64,000 nucleotides of DNA from assembly GCA_035941955.1 (NCBI GenBank), contig DASZDO010000096.1, positions 40,534-104,533 of the forward strand. Direction: 5' to 3'. This stretch comes from Chthoniobacterales bacterium (GTDB taxonomy: Bacteria; Verrucomicrobiota; Verrucomicrobiia; Chthoniobacterales; UBA10450). Numbering within the stretch: position 1 is the stretch's first letter; each line of letters starts with the position of its first letter. A program made the translations under genes and the position numbers. The notes below the pieces were generated by a model. It searched no databases, was not told where the DNA came from, and saw nothing but the letters and a program-made list of their open reading frames with translations. This document shows, piece after piece, positions 16,563 through 27,100 of the stretch.

Positions 16563-17546
16563 TTATTCCTGCGAGCGTTCTCCCAACTCGCCGCGCTCGA
16601 GGCAGCCACGGAAATACTCGATCGTCTCGGTGATCCCCTGCTCGAAATCGACCCGCGGCTCCCAGCCGAGGACCTTGCGGGCGCGCCCGATATCCGGCTG
16701 GCGCACTTTCGGATCGTCGACTGGCAGCGGTTTGTACTCGATCTGCGACTTCGTGCCCGTGATCCGGATGATCTCTTCGGCGAACTGCTTGATCGTCATC
16801 TCGCGCGGGTTCCCGATATTGACCGGCTCGTGGAAATCGCTCATGGCGAGCTTGAATATTCCATCGATCAAATCGGAAACGAAACAGAAGGAGCGCGTCT
16901 GCGAGCCGTCGCCAAAGATGGTGAGGGGCGTCCCGCCGAGCGCCTGCCCAATAAACGCGGGGACGACGCGGCCGTCGCGCAAACGCATCCGGGGTCCGTA
17001 GGTGTTAAAGATGCGGACGATCTTCGTGTCCATCTGGTGATAGCGGTGGTAGGCCATCGTCATCGCTTCGGCGAACCGCTTGGCTTCGTCGTATACGCCG
17101 CGCGGACCGATTGGGTTGACGTTGCCCCAGTAATCTTCCTTTTGGGGATGGACGAGCGGGTCGCCGTAGCATTCCGAGGTGGAGGCCAGAAGGAACGTCG
17201 CCTTCTTGGCTTTGGCGAGGCCAAGGGTGTTGTGGGTCCCCAGCGCGCCGACTTTGAGCGTGGGAATCGGCAACTCGAGATAATCGATCGGACTCGCGGG
17301 GGAGGCGAAATGGAAGACGTAATCGAGCTTCTCTTCCGGGAGAAAAATGTAGCTCGAGACGTTGTGCTTGATGAACGAGAAATTCTCGTTGCCGGCGAGG
17401 TGCCCGATGTTCTTCAGGTTGCCGGTGACGAGATTATCGATCGCGATAACTCGATGCCCTTCGGCCAGAAGCCGGTCCGTCAGATGCGATCCGAGAAAAC
17501 CCGCGCCACCTGTAACGACTGAAACCGGTTGCGAATTCGAAGCCAT
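16563..17546 (-). CDS. uxs: UDP-glucuronate decarboxylase (UDP-xylose synthase), SDR family
   Basis: [17 protein letters not shown] Rossmann motif, YDEAKR catalytic Y-x3-K, and overall UXS-like sequence ([26 protein letters not shown]). An alternative start at 17573 is possible. Confidence 0.85.
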   Translation of the reverse strand: MASNSQPVSVVTGGAGFLGSHLTDRLLAEGHRVIAIDNLVTGNLKNIGHLAGNENFSFIKHNVSSYIFLPEEKLDYVFHFASPASPIDYLELPIPTLKVGALGTHNTLGLAKAKKATFLLASTSECYGDPLVHPQKEDYWGNVNPIGPRGVYDEAKRFAEAMTMAYHRYHQMDTKIVRIFNTYGPRMRLRDGRVVPAFIGQALGGTPLTIFGDGSQTRSFCFVSDLIDGIFKLAMSDFHEPVNIGNPREMTIKQFAEEIIRITGTKSQIEYKPLPVDDPKVRQPDIGRARKVLGWEPRVDFEQGITETIEYFRGCLERGELGERSQE

Positions 17547-17751
17547 GGGAGGGTATCTAGCGGGTGCGAACAAGATTTGCGAGCGGAATCAAACCTTGGC
17601 GGCGGAAGCCTCAAGCAGCACCCTCGTTAAGAAATTCGGTGTGCTGCAATTTGTCCTTGGTGACAACGCCGCGACATGCTAGCCAGTAACCCGTCCTCCG
17701 AGATGACGCTTCATCCCGGTTCGGCCATACGCTAACCCCCCGCTTCCCCAT

Positions 17752-19983
17752 ATGAAACGTTTCTCGCCTACGATTCCTGCGTGTTTGCTCATCGTCACCG
17801 CAGTTTCTTCGACTGCGTTCAGCCAATGCCCCGACACCACCTCGTCCCAACAGAGGCAATCGCCCAAAACGTACGGGCCACTACCTGTCGCCTTTGAGGC
17901 AAATCGCGGTCAGAGCGATGCACAGGTGCGCTTCATTTCACGGGGCAGCGGCTATTGTCTCTTCCTAACCTCCAATGAAGCAGTGCTCGCCTTGCATCCA
18001 ACTCTTTCGAAGAGCGAGCAAATGGCCGACCGGCTTTCAGGCTCCAAGGAGACCCGGGACATGGTGTTGCGCATGAAGTTGGCCGACGCCAAGGCAACGC
18101 CGGAAGTGACGGGAATGGAGGAGCTGCCGGGAAAGGTTAACTACTTTATCGGCAATGATGCTACTCAATGGCGCAGAGACATCTCGACCTATGCCAGAGT
18201 CACCTACCACGATGTGTATCCTGGCGTGGATCTAGTTTACCATGGCGAGAAGGGACAACTGGAGTACGACTTGGTCCTCGCTCCCGGTGCCGATCCCGGT
18301 ATTATCGCCGTAGACATCGATGGAAGTAAAACGCTGACTTTGAACCCGGAGGGCGACCTGCTGCTGGATGTGGAAAGCGCTCCGCTGACGATGCGCAAGC
18401 CGCGCGTTTATCAGGAGATCAATGGCAAGAGACACGCGGTGGCTGGCAGTTATGTCCTGAGGGCTCCGCGCCAAATCGGCTTTCTCATAGGTAATTATGA
18501 CAGGACCAAGCCGCTAATAATCGACCCGGTGCTGGTCTACTCCACGTTCCTGGGCGGTGGTCGTGGCACCGGGATCGCGGTGGACAAGGATGCCAACGCG
18601 TATGTTATCGGCACCACTCCTTTTAGCACCTTTGCCACCGTCAGTGCTTTTCAGCCCACCTCCGTCGGCAATTCCGCCATCGTGGCGAAGCTTACCCCGG
18701 CAGGCGACGCTGTAATCTACGCAACCTATCTGGGCGGCAACTCCGCGAGCTACGGCAATGACATTGCCGTGGACAATGACGGCAACGCGTACCTCACCGG
18801 CTTAACCAGCGCTTCTGACTTCCCCACCGTGAATCCCTTTCAAGCCTCCAACGGAGGTGGAGTGGAAGACGCCTTTGTGACCAAGCTCAATTGCCGAGGC
18901 AACGACCTGATTTACTCCACTTACCTGGGTGTTATTAGTTACGACGGCGGAAACGGAATCGCCGTCGATGGGGCGGGCCATGCTTACGTAACAGGTTACA
19001 CCTTTTTCAAGACTTTCCCGCTGCAAAACCCCGCGCAATCCGCGTTTCGTGGAATGGAGGCCTTTGTGACAAAATTCAATCCGGCCGGGAACGGCTTGGT
19101 CTATTCTACCTTTTTGGGCGGCAAGACGTATGATTATGGCTTGGATATCGCTCTGGACGCTGCTGGCAACGCTTACGTCACGGGCTGGACCCTTTCCAAC
19201 GATTTCCCTACCCTCCACCCCGCGCAGTCCACCTACGGCGGTGGCGGTGACGCGTTCATAACCAAACTCAACGCAACGGGCAACCAGTTTATTTACTCCA
19301 CCTATCTGGGTGGCAGTGGTGAAGAGTATGGGTTCGGCATCGCTGTCGATGGGGCCGGCAGCGCATACGTTACGGGCTATACCAAGTCCACCAACTTCCC
19401 CACGGTCAATCCCGCGCAACCCAACTACGGCGGCGAGTTATTTGACGCTTTTGTAACCAAGCTTAATTCAACCGGCAGTCTCTTCGTTTACTCCACCTAC
19501 CTGGGCGGCAGCGGCGGAGACATAGCAAGTGCCATCGCCGTAGATGGGACCGGCAAGGCATACGTTACGGGTTATACGTACTCCACCGATTTTCCCGTCG
19601 TGAATTCATACCAGTCCGCGTTGGCAGGACAGCAGGACGCCTTTGTGACAAGGCTCGATGGACCAGGCAACCTGAGTTTCTCAACCTATCTCGGTGGCAG
19701 CATGACCGACCAATCCGCCGCGATCGCCGTGGACGATGGGGGCATCTATATTACGGGCGCGAGTAATTCCAATGATTTTCCCTTGGTCAATCCCTACCAG
19801 GTGCTGAACAAGGGCGCAGGCGACGGATTTGTGGCTAAGATTTGGATTCCAGATCCTGTTCCGTCGTGCTGTGGTCAGATCGTTATCGCTGGGATCGGCG
19901 CGACGGCGCTTGGAATTGTCTTCATTTTCCTGCGACAACGGAGGCGCTCGACGCAGGAGAGGTCAACTACGCTCGAAACGTGA
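17752..19983 (+). CDS. SBBP (beta-propeller) repeat protein with signal peptide and PEP-CTERM-like C-terminal tail
   Basis: About 8 repeats of YSTYLGG...G.GIAVD..GNAYVTG.T.S.DFPT.NP.Q....DAFVTKLN. The C-terminus has PDPVPS + hydrophobic helix + RQRRR. Confidence 0.8.
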   Translation: MKRFSPTIPACLLIVTAVSSTAFSQCPDTTSSQQRQSPKTYGPLPVAFEANRGQSDAQVRFISRGSGYCLFLTSNEAVLALHPTLSKSEQMADRLSGSKETRDMVLRMKLADAKATPEVTGMEELPGKVNYFIGNDATQWRRDISTYARVTYHDVYPGVDLVYHGEKGQLEYDLVLAPGADPGIIAVDIDGSKTLTLNPEGDLLLDVESAPLTMRKPRVYQEINGKRHAVAGSYVLRAPRQIGFLIGNYDRTKPLIIDPVLVYSTFLGGGRGTGIAVDKDANAYVIGTTPFSTFATVSAFQPTSVGNSAIVAKLTPAGDAVIYATYLGGNSASYGNDIAVDNDGNAYLTGLTSASDFPTVNPFQASNGGGVEDAFVTKLNCRGNDLIYSTYLGVISYDGGNGIAVDGAGHAYVTGYTFFKTFPLQNPAQSAFRGMEAFVTKFNPAGNGLVYSTFLGGKTYDYGLDIALDAAGNAYVTGWTLSNDFPTLHPAQSTYGGGGDAFITKLNATGNQFIYSTYLGGSGEEYGFGIAVDGAGSAYVTGYTKSTNFPTVNPAQPNYGGELFDAFVTKLNSTGSLFVYSTYLGGSGGDIASAIAVDGTGKAYVTGYTYSTDFPVVNSYQSALAGQQDAFVTRLDGPGNLSFSTYLGGSMTDQSAAIAVDDGGIYITGASNSNDFPLVNPYQVLNKGAGDGFVAKIWIPDPVPSCCGQIVIAGIGATALGIVFIFLRQRRRSTQERSTTLET

Positions 19984-20179
19984 TGAGATGCACCGTTGCG
20001 AACTCGAAGCCATCCCGCGGTGTTTTTTACTGCCAATGAAATGCCTGGCGAGAAGGAAGTGAGTCATCTGCGCCGTCGCGTCTCGGGAGATTACGAGTTT
20101 AGCACAGGATCGCGGCCGGCGTTCCGCGCGGCTTCGACCGTGATTTGCGCAAGTGTTGCATGGCCGTAGCTTGGGGATT

Positions 20180-20494
20180 ATGAAAACACTCGGACTGTTC
20201 AGTTTTGCGATCATCGCGGTGTTCGGTCTGTCTCAACCTGTGCAAGCGGACGCCGCCGACAGGAGCGAAGGGTATTATTTTCCTAACGAGTCCACCTACG
20301 ACAGCTGCGGCAGAAAACTAACTGTTCGCCACGTGCAGCTGGCGTTGGAGGAGGATGGTTATTATGTGGGAGATAATCGTGGAAATTTTGGCTTCGAGAC
20401 GAGAGCAGCCGTGAGACGGTATCAGCGGGATAACGGGCTCCGGATCTCCGGCAAAATCGACGATTCGCTCCTCAGGACGCTCCGCCTCCGCTAG
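20180..20494 (+). CDS. Peptidoglycan-binding (PG_binding_1) domain protein, secreted
   Basis: VQLALEEDGYYVGDNRGNFGFETRAAVRRYQRDNGLRISGKIDDSLLRTL fits the PG_binding_1 consensus. Signal peptide MKTLGLFSFAIIAVFGLSQPVQA. Confidence 0.7.
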   Translation: MKTLGLFSFAIIAVFGLSQPVQADAADRSEGYYFPNESTYDSCGRKLTVRHVQLALEEDGYYVGDNRGNFGFETRAAVRRYQRDNGLRISGKIDDSLLRTLRLR

Positions 20495-20578
20495 CATTCA
20501 ACTGCGAAGCAGGCCGGCGATAGGTTCGCACTCGAAAGTCCTTGCCCCCTTCAGCGAAGGCGGCTCGACTGGGTCGTT

Positions 20579-22036
20579 CTATTGAATGTTGTAGACTTCC
20601 ACCAGGCCGATGCCGATTCCGTTGTTCTGGCCCGCGAGGATGGCGGTGAAGGCGCCCGGCGGCAGGGTGACAAAGATTCCCGCCTCCAGATGATGTTGGA
20701 GCCCCAGCCCATTCGCGGTGAGCAAGGCGGCGGAGGCTGGATCGTTCTGCCAGTTGTCGTTCGCGACCAGCAACGTCCCGTTGCTGTCGCGCAACTCCAA
20801 GGTCGGATTCGACAGGAGGTTGCTCAAGCCTGACTGGCTGAGGGAGGGCCCGAGGCCGCGAATCGCCACTCGGGAGTTGCCAGTGCCGCCGCCGAGGATG
20901 AAGCCCCCGATCATGACGTTGTTCCCTGTGCGGACAAAACCGCGCGTGCTGAGGTTGGCCAGCCGCGAATCGGCAGCCGGTTCATTATCGTAGACTTCCA
21001 CCAAACCCACGCCGGTGGTTCGATTCAACCCGGTGAGGACGGCGGTATACGCTCCCGGCTGGAGCGTCTGGATGATGGCGGACTCGAGATCGTCACTTGG
21101 CTGATAGATGGTGCCTTGGATCATTTGTTCCTGGGTGTCTCTCCAGTTGTTGTTTTGGAAAATCAGCGCGCCATTGGCTCCATGCAGCGCCAGAACGGGA
21201 TCGGCCAGGGCATCGGTGATGCCGAAATCCATGAGCGATGGCCCGATCCCACGCAGCACCACTGTCTTGGGAGCGTTCCCGGTAATGATGAACCCGCCGA
21301 TCATCGCATTTTCGTCCAATTCCACCCGCAGACGGGTGGCGATGTTCAGCGCATCGGCCGGCGCCGTCCCTGTGCCACAGGCGCCATGAACGTTGAACAC
21401 GATGTGCATATTTGGGTAGCCAATGGCCGAGGTCTCCACGGGGGTCGGAGTACCGCAGTCCACAGCGCTGATGTAACTGGGGGCCGTTTGCGTGGCGGCG
21501 TTTGAGCCGATAAAAAAGGAGTGGCCAGAAGCTTGCCCGCTCGGGCTAAAGACTTCCATCACCAGCTCGGACGTTCCGGCAGGGACAATGACGGACAAAG
21601 GCACATTAAGGATCGTGTGCACTTGGTCCATCACCGTAAGGCTGGTCGTGGCAATCTGGGTCCGGGTCCCATCCGGGAACGCCGCCCCATTGTTGGTGTA
21701 GAGGCGGACGGTCAATGGCTGCCCCGCCCCGGCCCCGGAGCTAGCCTGCTCGATACCAAACGAGACCGACGTGACGTTGTACTGGGCCGAACCGCTGAAT
21801 GTCGCCATGTTGAACGCACGCCAGTAACTGTTGTCATAATGAAGAAAATCAGGCGGACCGCTGTAACAGGCTACGGAGTTTTCTGGGGTAATCGCCTGGC
21901 TGCTGGAGTGCGTAATTGTCGAAGGACATGCCCCCGCCGGTGCAGCAGGAGACGGCGGTTCAACCGCCGCTTGAGCGACGATCCGCCCGCCGCCCAGGAG
22001 CAACAAAGCGGCAGCGATATTGTGAGCTCGCGTCAT
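20579..22036 (-). CDS. Secreted protein with unknown N-terminal domain and two copies of the shared ~120-aa C-terminal domain
   Basis: Signal peptide present. Residues from about 229 to the end are two repeats homologous to the C-termini of 1..1034 and 37320..39413. Confidence 0.7.
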   Translation of the reverse strand: MTRAHNIAAALLLLGGGRIVAQAAVEPPSPAAPAGACPSTITHSSSQAITPENSVACYSGPPDFLHYDNSYWRAFNMATFSGSAQYNVTSVSFGIEQASSGAGAGQPLTVRLYTNNGAAFPDGTRTQIATTSLTVMDQVHTILNVPLSVIVPAGTSELVMEVFSPSGQASGHSFFIGSNAATQTAPSYISAVDCGTPTPVETSAIGYPNMHIVFNVHGACGTGTAPADALNIATRLRVELDENAMIGGFIITGNAPKTVVLRGIGPSLMDFGITDALADPVLALHGANGALIFQNNNWRDTQEQMIQGTIYQPSDDLESAIIQTLQPGAYTAVLTGLNRTTGVGLVEVYDNEPAADSRLANLSTRGFVRTGNNVMIGGFILGGGTGNSRVAIRGLGPSLSQSGLSNLLSNPTLELRDSNGTLLVANDNWQNDPASAALLTANGLGLQHHLEAGIFVTLPPGAFTAILAGQNNGIGIGLVEVYNIQ

Positions 22037-22220
22037 CTTGTATGAATCGGGCTCCAGTTGTCCCGAGGACGCATTCGCCCCGTCTAAGCGAAATCGCGAC
22101 GGAGCGGACCAATTTTTCGCTGCTACTCGCCTGGTTCCTTGAACCGCTTATTCGCGGCCGGCGCATAAATTCCGTTGCCTGCTCCTCGAGGCGCGAGTAA
22201 AACCGAACGGATTGTCTTTT

Positions 22221-23894
22221 ATGGCGCACGACGTTTTCATTTCGCACTCCGCGCAGAACCGAGACGTAGCCGACGCTGTTTGCGAGGCCCTCGAAAAGGC
22301 GGGCATCCGATGCTGGGTCGCTCCCCGGGACGTTCGACCGGGCCGCACATTCCCGGGCGAGATCACGCGAGCTATCCAAAAAAGCAGAGTGATGCTCCTG
22401 ATTTTCTCGAGCCATTCGAACAATTCCGAACAGGTGCTGCGCGAAGTGCAGTTGGCCACGGATTCCCGGCTGGCCATCATACGCTTTCGGATCGAGGACG
22501 TCGCTTTGACCGACGACCTGCGGTACTTCTTGAGCTCGCCGCACTGGCTGGATGCCCTGACACCTCCCCTCTCAAATCACATCGCTCGCCTTGAAGTCGC
22601 GATCAAAGAGTTGCTGGGCTCGTCTACCGAGGTCAGCGGCAAAAACACCGTGGACGACCCGGTTGAGCCGGAAGTATCGCCCGTGACGCCGCCCGCCCCG
22701 GCCGTGGCGCCGCCCACGCTGGCGCCCGCAATGCCGCCACCGCCTCCACCGAGAGAATCGATCGCGCAAAAGCCTGCGGAACCAGTTACTCCCGTGTCTG
22801 CGGCGCGAGAGCGCGAACCCGTCGCCAAGAGATCTTTGACTCCGTGGATCCTGCTGGGCGTTGGCGCGGTGGTGCTTTTCGTCGCAGTGCTCGGCGTCAT
22901 CTTCTTCGTGCTGCGGCAGCCGAAAGCATCCAGGCAACAGGCATCAACCACCCCCGCGCCGGCGGCTCAAACGCCGGAGTCGAAGCCAAATCCCGACCTG
23001 CCCCCGGCCCGGACAGCCAAGGTGACGCAGAGCCCCGGGTCGCAGCCGGTCCGATCGTCGCAGACAACGCCGGCGGCAGAGCCCGAGCATTCCAGTGAAC
23101 CCGAAAGCGCCTCGGCGTTTGAGCGCGCCGGCGCCCTGCGGCGCCCCCCAAGTGAGCACAGTGCCCTCGCACGGGATACTCTCCTCGCTTTCAACAACGC
23201 CGTGCAGGAAAAAAGTTTCGCGGGGTTCTACCGGGAGCAAACCTCACCTACGTTTCGTAAACAATTTTCCCTCGAAAAATTTTCCGCGGCGTTTCAGGTC
23301 TTTATCGAGAAAGGCTACGACATCTCGAATATCGCAAAGGCGGAACCAGTTTTCGACCCGGCACCCGCCGTCGACAGCGACGGTGTCCTCGTCCTGAAAG
23401 GGCACTACGCGACACGACCGAACAAGGTCACGTTCCTGCTCAGATATCTTCGCGAGGGATCGCGCTGGAAAGTTTTGGGGATCAACGTGCAGGCGGTGCC
23501 CTTTGTGGAGAACACTGGCACGGTCCCGTCGAACAAAGAGGTGAAAGGGCTCGTGCTGGATTCTCTGCTGGCGTTCAACAAAGCCGTTCAATCGGAGAGC
23601 TTCACGAATTTTTATGGCCGGATCGCGGAGCTGTGGGCCAAAGAGACCACTCCGGAAAAATTGCAGGAGATCTTCCAAACTTTTATCGATAAAAAAATCA
23701 ACATTGCCCAGATCGCCAGGATGGACCCGGTCTTCGACGGGCCGCCGGCAATCAACACGGACGGATTCCTGGTCGCGAAGGGTTCCTACGCAACCAAGCC
23801 GAGCAAGGTGTTTTTCGAACTCAAGTACGTCGACCAGGACGGAGCCTGGAAGCTGATAGCAATAAATGTGAACGTGAAGCCAGTCGCGGATTAG
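22221..23894 (+). CDS. TIR-domain protein with Pro-rich linker, one TM helix and two tandem ~115-aa C-terminal (predicted extracytoplasmic) domains
   Basis: N-terminus DVFISHSAQNRDVADAVCEALEKAGIRCWVAPRDVRPG...MLLIFSSHSNNSEQVLREVQLA matches the bacterial TIR_2 pattern, including the Glu. TM helix is WILLGVGAVVLFVAVLGVIFFVL. The two repeats start DTLLAFNNAVQEKSFAGFY and LVLDSLLAFNKAVQSESFTNFY. The ATG at 22221 is preferred over the TTG at 22212. Confidence 0.8.
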   Translation: MAHDVFISHSAQNRDVADAVCEALEKAGIRCWVAPRDVRPGRTFPGEITRAIQKSRVMLLIFSSHSNNSEQVLREVQLATDSRLAIIRFRIEDVALTDDLRYFLSSPHWLDALTPPLSNHIARLEVAIKELLGSSTEVSGKNTVDDPVEPEVSPVTPPAPAVAPPTLAPAMPPPPPPRESIAQKPAEPVTPVSAAREREPVAKRSLTPWILLGVGAVVLFVAVLGVIFFVLRQPKASRQQASTTPAPAAQTPESKPNPDLPPARTAKVTQSPGSQPVRSSQTTPAAEPEHSSEPESASAFERAGALRRPPSEHSALARDTLLAFNNAVQEKSFAGFYREQTSPTFRKQFSLEKFSAAFQVFIEKGYDISNIAKAEPVFDPAPAVDSDGVLVLKGHYATRPNKVTFLLRYLREGSRWKVLGINVQAVPFVENTGTVPSNKEVKGLVLDSLLAFNKAVQSESFTNFYGRIAELWAKETTPEKLQEIFQTFIDKKINIAQIARMDPVFDGPPAINTDGFLVAKGSYATKPSKVFFELKYVDQDGAWKLIAINVNVKPVAD

Positions 23895-24188
23895 CGAGGC
23901 AAGAACGCGGCCGACGACGACGAAGAATAGCCCTGCCAAGCTAGTTCGCGATCAAAAGCGGCCGGTTCCGTCCGCACGATGTTGTCTCCACGCTGGCGAG
24001 GCGGAGTTGCGAATGGTTTCCGCAAACTGCGGCGTGATCTACTGATTTCGATTAGCAGAAGGTCCGTCGTGTCCGCACCAAACTCGATCCCAAACCGATC
24101 TCTTGGTGCCTTGGATCTACCCAGGTCGCCGTGACGCGTATTGCGTCGACAGGTTCCAGGAGAATCCTATTTTGAGCGAGTTGGAGGT

Positions 24189-27100
24189 ATGATGACGGAC
24201 GAACAAGACGATTTAGCGAGGCTTTCCTCTCTAAAGCAAGTCGGTGAACTATACCAAGCTCGAAAATTCAGGGAAGCGGTTCCCATCGCGCAAAAATCTC
24301 TGGAACTTTCCGAGAAAGCCCTCGGCCCCGATCACCCAGACACCGTCCGGGCCCTTAACAATCTGGCGGGACTGCATTATTCTCTTGGCGACTACGCCCA
24401 AGCCGAACCGCTCTATCAGCGCGCGCTCAAGATCAGAGAGAAAGCCCTCGGTCCCGATCACCCGGACACCGCCCAGGCCCTTAACAATGTGGCTGTGGTG
24501 TATGATTCTCTGGGTGATTATGCCAAAGCCGAACCGCTCCATCAGCGCGCGCTCAAGATCAGAGAGAAAGCCCTCGGCCTCGATCACCCAGACACCGCAG
24601 GCTCCCTGAACAATCTTGGGGAACTCTATCGCTCCAAGGGCGATTACGCCCAAGCCGAGCCACTTTATCAGCGGGCACTGAAGATCAGCGAGAAAGCACT
24701 CGGCCCCGATCACCCAGACACCGGTCCTGCCTTAAATAATCTAGCGGCGCTGTATTATTCCATGGGTAATTACGCCAAAGCCGAACCACTCTATCAGCGC
24801 GCGCTCAAGATCAGCGAGAAGGCGCTCGGTCCCGATCACCCAGACACCGCCCAAGCCCTTAACAATCTGGCCCTGCTCTATTATTCCAGGGGCGATTACG
24901 CCAAACCTGAACCGCTCTATCAGCGCGCGCTGAAAATCAGGGAGAAAGCCAGCCCCGATCACCCAGGCACCGCCACGGTTCTCAGCAATCTGGCGGAGCT
25001 GTATAATTCCCAGGGCAATTATGCCAAAGCCGAACGGCTCGTTCAGCGCGCGCTCAAGATCAGAGAGAAAGCGCTCGGCCCCGATCACCCGGATACCGCT
25101 ACAGACCTAACCAGTCTGGCGCTGCTCTATCGTTGCCTGGCTGATTACGCCAAAGCCGAACCACTCTATCAGCGCGCGCTCAAGATCAGAGAGAAAGCCC
25201 TCGGCCTCGATCACCCAGACAGTGCCGATGCCCTCAACAATCTGGCGGAGCTATATCGTTCCATGGCTGACTACGCCAAAGCCGAACGGCTCCTTCAGCA
25301 CGCGCTCAAGATCAGAGAAAAAGCCTTCGGCCCCGATCACCCGGACACCGCTCTGGCCTTTAACAATCTGGCGGGGCTGTACTATTCCATGGGCGATTAC
25401 GGCCAAGCCGAACCGCTCTTTCAGCGCGCGCTCAAGATTGACGAGAAAGCGCTTGGTCCCGATCACCCAGCTACCGCTACGATCCTAAACAATCTGGCGG
25501 AGCTATATCGCTGCGTGGCTGATTATGCCAAAGCGGAACGGCTCCTTCAGCGCGCGCTCAAGATCAGAGAGAAAGCCTTCGGCCCCGATCACCCAGCCAT
25601 CGCTACGACCCTAAACACTTTGGCGAAGCTATACAGTTCCATGGGTGATTACGCCAAAGCCGAACCGCTCCTGCAGCGCGCGCTCAACATCAGAGACGAA
25701 GTCCTCGGCTCCGATCATCCAGCCACCGCCACGGTTCTCAATAATTTGGCGGCGATCAGGATCGACCTCGGGGATGCAAGAGACGCTTTCGCTTCAGCCA
25801 CGCGCGCGGGAGAGGCGGAAGAGAAATATTTATCGAATATTCTTTCATTCACCTCCGAACAACAGCGCCTGATTTTTCAGAAAACAACCCAGCCGTACAC
25901 ACTATTTGCAACGTTAGGCAGTGCTGCCGAACTCGCGCAGACAGTGCTTCGGCAAAAAGGCGTCGTGCTGGATTCGCTGCTGGAAGACCGGCTCGCAGCA
26001 GAAGCAAGTGGTGACCCGAAGCAGCGTGAAGTTATTACTAAACTGCGCGGTGCGAAGCAGCGACTGATGCAATTGGTTCTGGAAGTTCCGAAAGACCTAT
26101 CCGAAGCGGCCCAGAAACACCGCGCGGCTGAAAAAGAAAGACTCTCCACGGAAGTCGAGCAACTTGAGGGCGGCCTTGCTCGTCAGGTGGCGGGACTCGG
26201 GAAAGCCAGGCGCGCCCTAAGTGTCACCGTCCCGCAAATTCAGTGCGTTCTTCCAAAACAGGCAGTGTTAATCGAGTTGTTGCGCTACTCCCATTATCTT
26301 GGAAAAGGAAAATTCGAAACCAGCTACGGCGCGGTGGTAATTCCTGCGCGTGGGAAGCCAGAATGGGTCCCGCTCGGCGCCGCTGCGGAGATAGAAAAGG
26401 ATGTCAAACTCTATCAAAAATCTGTGCGTGGAGAAACAGACGAACCAACGCTCAGATACGTTCTCAAGGCCCTGGAGGAGCGAGTCTGGGCGCCAATCGA
26501 GAAGGCTCTGCCGGAGAAGAGTAAAACGGTCATTCTAAGCCCCGATGGAGAACTGAGTTTTGTTTCGTTTGCGACGCTGCTGACTCCTGACGATCGGTTT
26601 CTTGGCGAGAAGTATTCCATTCGCTATGTCGCCAGCGGCCGTGACTTGCTGCGGGAGACTAAACCATCGAGCGATCCGATGACGGTCGTCTTCGCTAACC
26701 CGGACTTTGACAGCCAGGCAATTACTCGAACGACTGGCCCATCAAGCGCTGTTGTCCTGCGCTCACTTGAAATGCGAGCTCTGCAAAGTATTCGCCTCGA
26801 TGCGCTGCCTGGCACCGCGGACGAAGCCGCTGCCCTTAAAAAACGGGGAGGGAAAGCAGTGAAGGTTTTTTTGGGACCAAAAGCGACGGAAGTTAAGCTG
26901 GGGCAAGTGAACTCTCCTCGCGTTCTCCATCTGGCCACCCATGGTTTTTTCCTGCCCGAAACTGAGTTAGGAAAACAAACCGACCCACTGCATCAACCAG
27001 GCGAAAGTCCCAAAACAATGCCGGAGCATCCCATGCACCGCAGCGGGCTGGCCCTGGCAGGAGCGCAGCGCACGTTCAACGCCTGGAGCCGAGGTGAAGT

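Noticed and set aside
22572-23240. Several minus-strand ORFs (22572..22937, 22577..22951, 22897..23172, 22944..23240) and the plus-strand ORF 22844..23098.
   Set aside because: They overlap the Pro/Ala-rich linker region of the TIR gene and are low-complexity Arg/Gly/Ala translations of it.
24273-25781. The 126-bp tandem repeats considered as a satellite or CRISPR-like array.
   Set aside because: They are in-frame TPR units of a single long ORF with a CHAT domain, so they are coding repeats.
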